Assembly (NCBI GenBank): GCA_963674705.1
Contig: OY771506.1
Coordinates: 1,792,001 to 1,856,000, forward strand
Source: Phycisphaeraceae bacterium
GTDB lineage: Bacteria; Planctomycetota; Phycisphaerae; Phycisphaerales; Phycisphaeraceae
DNA length: 64,000 nucleotides
Reading direction: 5' to 3'
Part shown: positions 9,673-18,047 of the stretch, piece by piece
How positions within the stretch are numbered: position 1 is the first letter of the stretch
Layout of the letters: each line of letters starts with the position of its first letter
Made by a program: the position numbers and the translations under genes
Notes under the pieces: generated by a model
Told to the model about the DNA's origin: nothing
Databases searched by the model: none
The model's input: the letters and a program-made list of their open reading frames with translations, nothing else

Positions 9673-9947
9673 TCAACAGTCACAAGCAATACCGGGTGTC
9701 GCACCTTGTTCGGTAGAACAAGGTGTGTTTTATATGAAGATGATTTAGCCACAGATGAACACAGATAAACACGGATGAAGGCGCCTGTATTACGTAGCTA
9801 TACAGTTATGTTGTGTGTTAATAGCACATTTGATTTCACTCCCTCTCCCCGCGGGAGAGGGCCGGGGTGAGGGCCGTATGTCATGTTGTGAACAATCGAG
9901 CAAATAACGCTTAATCAATCCAGCCCTCATCCTTGCCTTCTCCCGAG

Positions 9948-10934
9948 GCAACAAATTCGATCTACGCCCAAAAGTCTTGCCAAATAAACAGTTCGCCCTC
10001 ATGCTGGCGGTTTTGATCACGTTCCTTTGGCAAGGAGGCCAGCGATGGAAGGCGAACTGTGGGATCAACTGTATCACTGGGTGAAGACGGAGGCCAGCCG
10101 GTGGCCGCGCAGGCGGCGGGTGTGGTTCAGCGACGCGTGGATATTGCTCGTGTATCTCTGGTCGGTGCTGCACGATCGGCCTCAAGGCTGGGCCTGTCAA
10201 TCGCGGCACTGGCAGGCGTCGTTGTTGCGGGCCCGGCCGCTACCCAGCGTCTCGCGTTTGAGTGAACGGCTGCGTCAACCGTCACTGCGTCTGTTGTTTG
10301 AAGCGGTGATGCGTGAAGCACGCACGCATCTGCCGACGCGGTTGATCAAGTGCATCGACGCCAAGCCGCTGCCGGTCGGCGGTTACAGCAAAGACCGCGA
10401 CGCGAAGTGGGGCCAGGCCGCACGCACGAAAGCCCGAGGATACAAGCTGTTTGCGATCTACGAAGGCGCAGCGGTCGACAGCTGGCGGATCGGACCGATG
10501 AACGCATCGGAAACCTTGGTCGGCCGACAACTGCTACGCGAAGCGGCGCGTTACGGCGGCGGTTACCTGTTGGGCGACGGCTTGTATGACGCTAACCCTT
10601 TGCACGCTGTTTGTCATCAACACGAATTACAACTGGTTGCGCCCCGCAAACGACCGGGCACCGGGTTAGGTCATCAACCGCATGAGCCGCCGCGTCTGCG
10701 TTCGATCGAACTGCTGGAAGGTGGCGGTGTGTTTGGCCAAGCGTTGTTCGCTTGTCGCATCGGTATCGAACAACGCCTGGCCCAGGCCGGCAACCTCGGC
10801 TGCGGCTTAAGCCCGTTACCCAACTGGGTCCGCCGCCCCCACCGCGTCGCCGCTTGGATCGCAGCGAAGCTGCTGATCCTTACCGGCTGGAACTATAAGA
10901 AACAGACACTTACAGCGTAGATCGAATTTGTTGC
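9948..10934 (+). mobile_element. Complete insertion sequence (987 bp), DDE type (IS5/IS982-like; family not certain)
   Basis: Perfect 20-bp terminal inverted repeats gcaacaaattcgatctacgc / gcgtagatcgaatttgttgc; 3-bp direct repeat GAG at 9945-9947 and 10935-10937. Confidence 0.93.
10027..10920 (+). CDS. DDE transposase
   Basis: IDAKPL...GYKLF...LLGDGLYD...RIGIEQ (D-D-E); the stop codon lies in the right IR; the start may be ATG 10045. Confidence 0.9.
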   Translation: MARRPAMEGELWDQLYHWVKTEASRWPRRRRVWFSDAWILLVYLWSVLHDRPQGWACQSRHWQASLLRARPLPSVSRLSERLRQPSLRLLFEAVMREARTHLPTRLIKCIDAKPLPVGGYSKDRDAKWGQAARTKARGYKLFAIYEGAAVDSWRIGPMNASETLVGRQLLREAARYGGGYLLGDGLYDANPLHAVCHQHELQLVAPRKRPGTGLGHQPHEPPRLRSIELLEGGGVFGQALFACRIGIEQRLAQAGNLGCGLSPLPNWVRRPHRVAAWIAAKLLILTGWNYKKQTLTA

Positions 10935-11057
10935 GAGGGGAGAAGGGAGGAAGTTAATCCGATATGTGCATATATATGTACAAATGAAGCATCTGATTTG
11001 CAGCAGCATCTTTGATCATCTGTCTTTATCTGTGTTCATCTATGGCTAAATAACAAT

Positions 11058-11852
11058 TCAAAAAACCCGCTCCACCGCACCCGCCGCGATCAGCGCCGCA
11101 CCCAGCGCACCTGTGATCTGTGGCGTCTTGGGCATCACGATCTGCTTTTCAATCGCGTCGCTTAGCATCTTGTCCATCCTGTTGACGCGCGCTACGCCGC
11201 CGGTGAAAACGACGGGCTCTTTCAAGCGGTGTCCGCCCATGCCGGCGATGCGTCTTGAGATCGCGATCTGCACGCCTGCCGCGATATCACTTGGCTCATG
11301 ACCCGACGATAACAGGCCGATGATTTCCGTCTCCGCGAACACCGCACACATGCTCGATATCGTCGAGGGTTCTTTGCTTTGCGATGCGAGTTTGCCCAGC
11401 TCTTCAAGGTCTACATCCAAACGCTTGGCGACCATTTCAAGAAAGCATCCCGTCCCCGCGGCGCAGCGGTCGTTCATCGTAAAGTCTTCAACGCGCCCGC
11501 TTTCATCCAGGTGAATGACTTTCGAGTCCTGCCCGCCGATCTCGATGATCGATCTTGCATCGGGCAAAAGCATGCGTACGCCGCGCGCGTGGCAGGTGAT
11601 CTCGGTTACAGCTTTATCCGCAAAATCCAGCAGGTGGCGTGCGTATCCGGTCGCGACAACCGCTTCAATATCATCCAGAGACCTGTCGGCATCTTTGACC
11701 ACACGCTCGTACAACGCGCGCGACCGTTGTGCCTGGTTCGTCTGCGAATCATCAACGCCGCTTGCCAGAATCTCCGGCCCCTGGCCGTTCACCTCCAGCA
11801 ACACCACCTTGATGCTGCGCGAACCCGCATCGATACCCGCAAATAACATCAC
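11058..11852 (-). CDS. ATP-dependent activator/reductase of the 2-hydroxyacyl-CoA dehydratase family (HgdC/DCCP-R-like ASKHA ATPase)
   Basis: GIDAGSRSIK, ATGYAR, EITCHARG, IGGQDSK, MNDRCAAGTG, SSMCAVFAE. Confidence 0.93.
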   Translation of the reverse strand: MMLFAGIDAGSRSIKVVLLEVNGQGPEILASGVDDSQTNQAQRSRALYERVVKDADRSLDDIEAVVATGYARHLLDFADKAVTEITCHARGVRMLLPDARSIIEIGGQDSKVIHLDESGRVEDFTMNDRCAAGTGCFLEMVAKRLDVDLEELGKLASQSKEPSTISSMCAVFAETEIIGLLSSGHEPSDIAAGVQIAISRRIAGMGGHRLKEPVVFTGGVARVNRMDKMLSDAIEKQIVMPKTPQITGALGAALIAAGAVERVF

Positions 11853-13246
11853 TGCCTCCGCCCTCGCGCGGTTTCCATCAACGCCTCCAACCGCGTCCTC
11901 AGTGCCGGACGAACCGCATCAATCACAGTCGGCACCTCTACTTCAACAACAGGCAATCCCAAACCGTCACGCACCATCTTACCAATCACCTCGCCTTCAA
12001 ACGCACAGTGACTTGCGCCGGGGATTCGGCTGACGATCACCGCCTCGCAGCCGAACTTCTGAATCTCACGACAGATCATCCGCGCTCGATCGGCGGTCGG
12101 CCCAACCATCGGATCGCCCAGCGCCGTTCTCGCCAAGGCTTCAAAGGGTTCGACATCATCGGGGATCTGAGAAAGCGCGTGACAGAACATGTAATCCGTC
12201 CCGCTGATCCGCCCGCCGACTTCCTCAAGCAGGTTCATCACCTGAAGGTCCGCAACAGGATTCACCCAGAACACCCTGACCGCATCACCATCCAACACGC
12301 TGACATTCTGGTCAACGCGTCGCCTCGCCTCGGTTAGCAGTTCATCCAGCACCTCTACAGTCTGCTCGTAGTCGGAACAGTAATGTAGCGCAAGCATCTC
12401 CACTATGAGCATCTCAAGAGCGGGTAGCGGACACGGGTCGGAGGTATAAACCAGTTGCCGAAGCGAGCTGATCTTCTCGCGAACGGTGTTGGCTTTTCTT
12501 ATGCCCTCGGATAACTTGGCGCCGGTTAACGTTTGGCCCGTTGCTTTCTCGATTTCACCGGCAACACGCCTTAATTCATTACGCACCAAGTCGACTTGCG
12601 ATGATGCCGCGGTGAATCCGCTTGGTAATCGAACAGATGTTTCGTTAGCGCCCGCCAGTCGGCGCGGCGGCACTTCCCACCACAAGACCGGGTGTCCCAT
12701 CGCCTCGACGCGCTGCGCGATCGCGGAAAAATCATCGCACACCGCGCCGACGCTGCAGATAAGCAGGTCGGGTGTCGGGAAGTGGTTGCCCGTTTCAAAC
12801 GCGCCGACCATCGCACGCACCGGGCAGAACGATTCATCAATGCCCAGTTTATCCGCGACGCGCAGCAACCCCGCGCTGTGCTGCATCACGCACGGTATCC
12901 ACCACGCGCCGTCCGGATAGAACGTGGCCACGTTATCCAACGCGTACGCCATCACCGGCACCGTGCCCAGGTCCTTCATCGCGCCGATGATCGTCCGCCC
13001 GGCCTCGCGATCGGCCTGCAAACGATCTTCTTCACTCAATAGCAGATTCCACAATCGAAGCGCTGCCGGCGAATTGTCAAAACGCAACGACGCAAGACGC
13101 AGATCGCCATCCTCAAAGTGCCTGCCTAACGGGCCGTTGTAATCCGGGCCTGGCATCCCGGCTTTATATAAGCATTCGTAGCGTTCATCCCACTGCTGAA
13201 GCGTGATTGATTTAGGCTCATCCGAGATGTTGTGTTTCTCGTTCAT
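11849..13246 (-). CDS. 2-hydroxyacyl-CoA dehydratase family (HgdA/B-like) Fe-S protein
   Basis: FCPVRAM, AVCDDF, ASHCAFE, LRTRLEALME; ATGA overlap with the upstream gene at 13243-13246. Confidence 0.85.
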   Translation of the reverse strand: MNEKHNISDEPKSITLQQWDERYECLYKAGMPGPDYNGPLGRHFEDGDLRLASLRFDNSPAALRLWNLLLSEEDRLQADREAGRTIIGAMKDLGTVPVMAYALDNVATFYPDGAWWIPCVMQHSAGLLRVADKLGIDESFCPVRAMVGAFETGNHFPTPDLLICSVGAVCDDFSAIAQRVEAMGHPVLWWEVPPRRLAGANETSVRLPSGFTAASSQVDLVRNELRRVAGEIEKATGQTLTGAKLSEGIRKANTVREKISSLRQLVYTSDPCPLPALEMLIVEMLALHYCSDYEQTVEVLDELLTEARRRVDQNVSVLDGDAVRVFWVNPVADLQVMNLLEEVGGRISGTDYMFCHALSQIPDDVEPFEALARTALGDPMVGPTADRARMICREIQKFGCEAVIVSRIPGASHCAFEGEVIGKMVRDGLGLPVVEVEVPTVIDAVRPALRTRLEALMETARGRRQ

Positions 13247-14328
13247 CGCAACATCTCCAGGAATGCCGCGATGCGTCCCTCTGCGCGTTCGCATGTGGTG
13301 GCATCGACATCAAGGTCGATATCAATCACGGGGATCGGCGACAGTTGCTTGATGCGGTGCACCTCCGCGTGCCAGAGATCGCACCACAGACTTCTGCGCA
13401 GGATGATGCCTTTTACGTTGGTTTGTTTGATCGCATTAAGCAGCCAGTCGAAGAAGCGATCGTTCGGCCGTTGACGGATGTGCGGGATCTGCTGATAGGC
13501 GCTTGCCATCGCCTCGAACGGATCGTTATCGATCAGCGATTGGTCGATCGGTTCGGGCAGGCCGCGCTGGCCGTAGTCCGTTGCATCAAGCGCGACGTGG
13601 CCGCCGTGCTGCTTGATTGTGTCGAACAGCCACCACTGATAGCGAGGCAGCTCGGAACCAAGCAGGGCGATGGGGGTAGCAGATGAGTCCCGTGACTCCG
13701 TGGCGCGGGGTGCCACACTTTGACCCGAAGGGCAAAGTGTGTCTTCATGAGCACACTTTGCTGCTGCGCAGTCAAAGTGTGGCACCCGAGGCGCGCGATG
13801 CGCGTGTTCGGGTTTACCGTTGGTGTCACCATGCATTGCAGCTAAAGCCGTAGCGCGTTCCCGGCCGGTCATCGTTTGAAGTTGCATGCGGACGTCTTCT
13901 CGCTTGACTTCGTAAGCGATCAAGATGCTTTTCAAACGACCGGGCGTCGGTGATGTGCCGCCGATGGATTCGAGAAAGTTCCCGAGTCGATGCAGTTCAT
14001 CGCGATAACAACGCTGCGCTGATTCGCTCTGCCAGGTGGCCGGGATGTGCAGGAGCATTGTTGGTGTGTGATGCCTGCCGGGTGTATTCAATGCTTCACT
14101 GGAGCGTCGCAGTTGATCGCATATCGAAGCGACGATCACCGCTGCGACATTCTCGTGCATGGTTGCCTGTGTGATATACACCTGCGACCATGTGCAGCAC
14201 CCATCAACCGATATGGGTGCGCGGTTCTCATTGAATGGTTTGTGGTTGCACGGGCGGAACGGTTGAAAACCATGCGCCTCGATCCACTCGGGAGGGATGT
14301 ACGCCGAGTTGTAGCAGATTCGCTTCAT
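13243..14328 (-). CDS. 2-hydroxyacyl-CoA dehydratase family protein containing an in-frame palindromic repeat
   Basis: YIPPEWIEAHG, SICDQLRR, WCDLW, GRIAAFLEML. Confidence 0.85.
   Translation of the reverse strand: MKRICYNSAYIPPEWIEAHGFQPFRPCNHKPFNENRAPISVDGCCTWSQVYITQATMHENVAAVIVASICDQLRRSSEALNTPGRHHTPTMLLHIPATWQSESAQRCYRDELHRLGNFLESIGGTSPTPGRLKSILIAYEVKREDVRMQLQTMTGRERATALAAMHGDTNGKPEHAHRAPRVPHFDCAAAKCAHEDTLCPSGQSVAPRATESRDSSATPIALLGSELPRYQWWLFDTIKQHGGHVALDATDYGQRGLPEPIDQSLIDNDPFEAMASAYQQIPHIRQRPNDRFFDWLLNAIKQTNVKGIILRRSLWCDLWHAEVHRIKQLSPIPVIDIDLDVDATTCERAEGRIAAFLEMLR
13708..13787. repeat. 80-bp double-hairpin palindromic element (intragenic copy)
   Basis: gggtgccacactttg...caaagtgtggcaccc; same length and closely similar to the reverse complement of 22635-22714. 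Confidence 0.9.
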
Positions 14329-14349
14329 GGTTTGTCTGAAGTCGGGACG

Positions 14350-15591
14350 CTATGTTGGCTGTGCTGTCGGTCTTGTATTCACCATTTCGAACAATGCTTC
14401 AAGCCGTACCGCGATGCGCTGGCTGTCCGCCGGGGCGTAGTCTGTGACGATCTTCATGTAGGGCAAGCCGAAACGTTCTTCGCTCTGCTGCTTGAGTAGC
14501 GCCGCTTCGACTTCATAGGTCAGGCAGCCCTGCCAGATCAGTTCGACGATGCAGTCGGGTTTGTAGTCGTCAATCAACTTCTCGATCATGTCGAATCGCA
14601 ACGTGTTCGGCGTCATGACAGAACAGGGCAGGTGGAAGTACTTCTCAGCGAGCGCTTCCATCGGATCGGCGTCTTCACGCACATCATCAAGGATGGGTTT
14701 AAGCCCGGTGCAGTTTTCCATCGCAACGATGCGCCCACCGTTATCTTCGATCAGGTCGACGACGCGCTCCGCGCCGTGCGCGATGGGCACACCCGTGACG
14801 AGTACGCGCACTTCCCGGTTCTTGCTAGAAGTTTCGCCGCAGCATTCGGCGCTACCGAGCTTATCAAGGATGGTTTGATACTCGGCAAGGTCTTCGCATA
14901 TCCCGCTGATACTGCTCTTGAGATTAAGTAACTGTCGGCCGGTTAATGGCGGATTATCACGTTTCATCAATGCAGCAAGTTCGCGACGCAGGCGGCGCTC
15001 CTTGTTCATCAGCTCGATCGCGTCGCGGATCTTTTCATCCGTGATCTTGGTGTTGAACTGCTGTTCGAGTTTGGTTTTCAGTTTGTTCAGTTCGATGCGC
15101 CAAAGCGCAAGCGAATCGGGGTCGTCCGGCTTCTGTGGCAATTCAAGGATGTAGACCGGGCGAGATTCGGCCATCAGTTCGTACATCTTCTTCTTGCCGT
15201 CGCAGGTTGTTTCGGCAACGATGAGGTCCGCCATCTCGAGGAACGGATTGTTCTTCTGCATGTGATAGCCGAACGTGCTCTTGATAAGCGGGCACAACCC
15301 GGCGGGCAGAACGGACTCGGCGGCGAGCGCGGTTGTGTGTGATCCGCCACACAAACAGACGGGCACGGCTCCGGCGGCGAGGATCAATTCGCGTGGCGTG
15401 AACTCGCAGAGGATGCCGACGATCGGTTTACCATCGGCCTTGGCTCGCTCGGTGTAGGCCAAGCAGTTTTGGATCATATGGTCAAATCGGCAGGCGTTGG
15501 CGGCCGGGTTATCCACCACTGTTTGGGCGCACGCGTCTGTCGCGTTTGAGGTGCATGCGCACGGATTTGAACTCGGGCAGCAGTCGCTCAT
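14350..15591 (-). CDS. Double-cubane cluster protein (DCCP)-like anaerobic reductase with a Cys-rich N-terminal tail
   Basis: ILCEFTPRE, LCPLIKS, ETTCDGKKKMYE, MENCTG, LPCS, QGCLTY cysteine pattern; N-terminus MSDCCPSSNPCAC. Confidence 0.8.
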   Translation of the reverse strand: MSDCCPSSNPCACTSNATDACAQTVVDNPAANACRFDHMIQNCLAYTERAKADGKPIVGILCEFTPRELILAAGAVPVCLCGGSHTTALAAESVLPAGLCPLIKSTFGYHMQKNNPFLEMADLIVAETTCDGKKKMYELMAESRPVYILELPQKPDDPDSLALWRIELNKLKTKLEQQFNTKITDEKIRDAIELMNKERRLRRELAALMKRDNPPLTGRQLLNLKSSISGICEDLAEYQTILDKLGSAECCGETSSKNREVRVLVTGVPIAHGAERVVDLIEDNGGRIVAMENCTGLKPILDDVREDADPMEALAEKYFHLPCSVMTPNTLRFDMIEKLIDDYKPDCIVELIWQGCLTYEVEAALLKQQSEERFGLPYMKIVTDYAPADSQRIAVRLEALFEMVNTRPTAQPT

Positions 15592-15593
15592 GA

Positions 15594-16403
15594 TCAGGCC
15601 TCCCGTTTGTGCGCGATGAAGCGCGCCTGGATGATCCGCTTCTCGTGCGCCAAGGTGCGCACAAACCCAAGCTCGCCGGCGATCTGCTGTAGCAGCGATT
15701 GATCGAAGCCGATGATCTTCAGCGCATCGTACGTCAGTTGTTTACTGACCATATCTATATAAAGATCGACATGCGGCGGGAACTGGCCGGTGTCGTCGGC
15801 TTCGAGGACGTCGCAGTTGTTGGCTTCAAGCAGATGCCGATAGTCATCGCATGTGGCGAAGGAGGGGAACTTCATGAAGGCGAGGAAACGCTGGGCCTGC
15901 TCATCAGACAAGCCGGCGGGGCCCTCGCACCAGTCGGTGAAGGCGATGGTGCCCCCGGGCTTGATAAGGCGAGTGGCTTCTTTTATAAGCGATGGTTTAT
16001 CATCAACATAGCACCACGCGTCCTCGCCCCAGACAAAGTCGAATTGCCCGTCGGGCAGGCCGGTATCGATCGCCTTGGCGAGTATGAACGTGGCCCGATC
16101 GGCGTAGCCCTCGTCGGCGCAGCGTTGCTTGCCGAGGTCGATCATGGCCGAGGTCATGTCGACGCCATGCATCCTGTCGACATCGCGGAATCGAAGCAGG
16201 AACCGCATGCCCGCGCCGCTGCAGCAGCAGAGGTCGACGCCGGTGGTTTGGGGCTTGATTTGGGCCTTTTCAGCGAGATGCATGGAGGAAGTCAGCCCGC
16301 CGATGTGGATCTGCTCGCCCATAAGCAGTTCCCAGAGCTTGCCTTCGGCCCCGCTGTAGACAGTTTGGATGTCGGATGATTGGATCGAGTCAAGTGAACG
16401 CAT
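15594..16403 (-). CDS. Class I SAM-dependent methyltransferase
   Basis: IHIGG, VDLCCCSGAG (motif I), GVDMT, FDFVW, LIKPGG. Confidence 0.9.
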   Translation of the reverse strand: MRSLDSIQSSDIQTVYSGAEGKLWELLMGEQIHIGGLTSSMHLAEKAQIKPQTTGVDLCCCSGAGMRFLLRFRDVDRMHGVDMTSAMIDLGKQRCADEGYADRATFILAKAIDTGLPDGQFDFVWGEDAWCYVDDKPSLIKEATRLIKPGGTIAFTDWCEGPAGLSDEQAQRFLAFMKFPSFATCDDYRHLLEANNCDVLEADDTGQFPPHVDLYIDMVSKQLTYDALKIIGFDQSLLQQIAGELGFVRTLAHEKRIIQARFIAHKREA

Positions 16404-16563
16404 GCTGGCTCCCGGGATTGATGCATGGTCGGAGTCGGTCCCGCCTCGGGGGATTGTACCAAGCTGCCGGCTATAAAGATATTGCTATCTGCAATAGGCG
16501 AGGCTATATTGGCGGGCATCTGAGACAGAGTCACGCATCAGTAAAACGAAAGGGGGCCGCAAC

Positions 16564-17967
16564 ATGCAACGTTTGATATGGTCATGCCTTACGGTGACGG
16601 CGGCGATTGTTGTATCCGCTGTGCCATCACCTGGTGGAGGCTCGGTAAGCGCAGCGGACGAAGCGCAGGGCGCGACGTGGCTGAGCTACTACCACAGCCA
16701 GGATGCCCGCAAGCGCCTAGGTTACGCGATCGGCGCGCGTGGGATGGAGATGACCGAGCAAAAGCCGGACGGTTTGAAACTGCCGGCGGACATCGGCGAG
16801 GACGTTCGGTACGGCAAGTGGGACACGCCGATGGATGAAGCGGGCTTCCGGTATGTGGCGCTTGCGCGCAGCGCGTACGGGCAGCTTTGCGATCAACTTG
16901 TCATCGATTCCGATGGTGACGGGCAACTCGATGATGAAACGATCTACGGCACGTACAACCTGCGTGTGTACGGCAGCGCGCGAGGTCGTGTGTACTTCGA
17001 TCCGGTTGCGATCGAACTTCAAACCGAAGACGGCCCGACGCTGTATCACTTGAACGTGAATGTGTATTGCGGCGGTCCCGGTTCGTACAACGTGACATAC
17101 AATGCGGGCGGCTGGTACCAGGGCACGGTGATGCTCAACGGCGAGCCGTTCGATTGCCAGCTATTGGACAACAACGCCAACGGCACGTTCAACGATACGT
17201 GCGAAGGTGATGAAGGATATGGCGACACCGATCGCGTTCGTTTCGGCGCTGCGAATACCGAAGCGATGATGACCGGGCATTACGTGAAGAACGCGGACAA
17301 ATTTTACGCGTTCAGTGCGGCGAAAGATGGCGCGTATGTTACGGTGAAAGATGCGGACGGTTTAGCGGTCGGCAAGATCATTGTGCCGGAGGACTTTGCG
17401 TTCGTGAAAGTGTTCGGACCGGAGGGTTCGTTCAACATCAAGGCCGACAGCGATCAGGAAGTGCCTTGCGGCGACTATCATCTTGTCGCCTGGCAGCGCG
17501 AGGTGAAAGATGTGGCCGGCAAAGACTGGCGCTTCAACGGCGGCGGTTTCCCGGAACATGAAGCGATTGAAGTTGGGACGGATGAGCCGGTCACGCTGGC
17601 GCTGAGCGATCCGTGGAACGCAAAGATTACGGATTATGAACGGCCCGGCCGACACACGTTCAACCAACAGATCACCGGACGCTACGGCGAACAGATCAGT
17701 GCGTCTTATTCCAACGGCGGCCGACCCCCGGCGCCGAGGATGCACATCGTCAGCGAGGATCAGCAGTACGAGCGGACGTTCAAGTTCGAGTATGGGTGAG
17801 GCGGGACCTGTTCGCTCTCATGGCGAGAGCCTTACAACCAGGTCGGCCCCTACACCGCAACCCTTCTGCTGGACTATCCGGTCCAGATCGAATGCGAAGA
17901 TCTGATCATCGGCAAAGCTGCTGAGGATGCTTCCGAAGCAGACAATGCTGTCACGTTGAATGAATAA
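16564..17967 (+). CDS. Exported protein, candidate selenoprotein A (Sec at TGA 17797-17799; 467 aa with readthrough)
   Basis: Signal peptide; FKFEYG-TGA-GGTCSLSWREPY... open to TAA 17965-17967; post-TGA sequence conserved with the paralog at 24751-26073. Confidence 0.82.
17814..17830 (+). promoter_or_regulatory. Candidate SECIS hairpin A
   Basis: gctctc-atggc-gagagc, at +15 to +31 after the TGA. Confidence 0.7.
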
Positions 17968-18047
17968 CAGCGTGGCGGCTGTGCTGTGGTGTGTGCGGTG
18001 TGTTTGAACTTTGTCTGAATCTATCTATTCAAACGAAAGGGGGCGTT

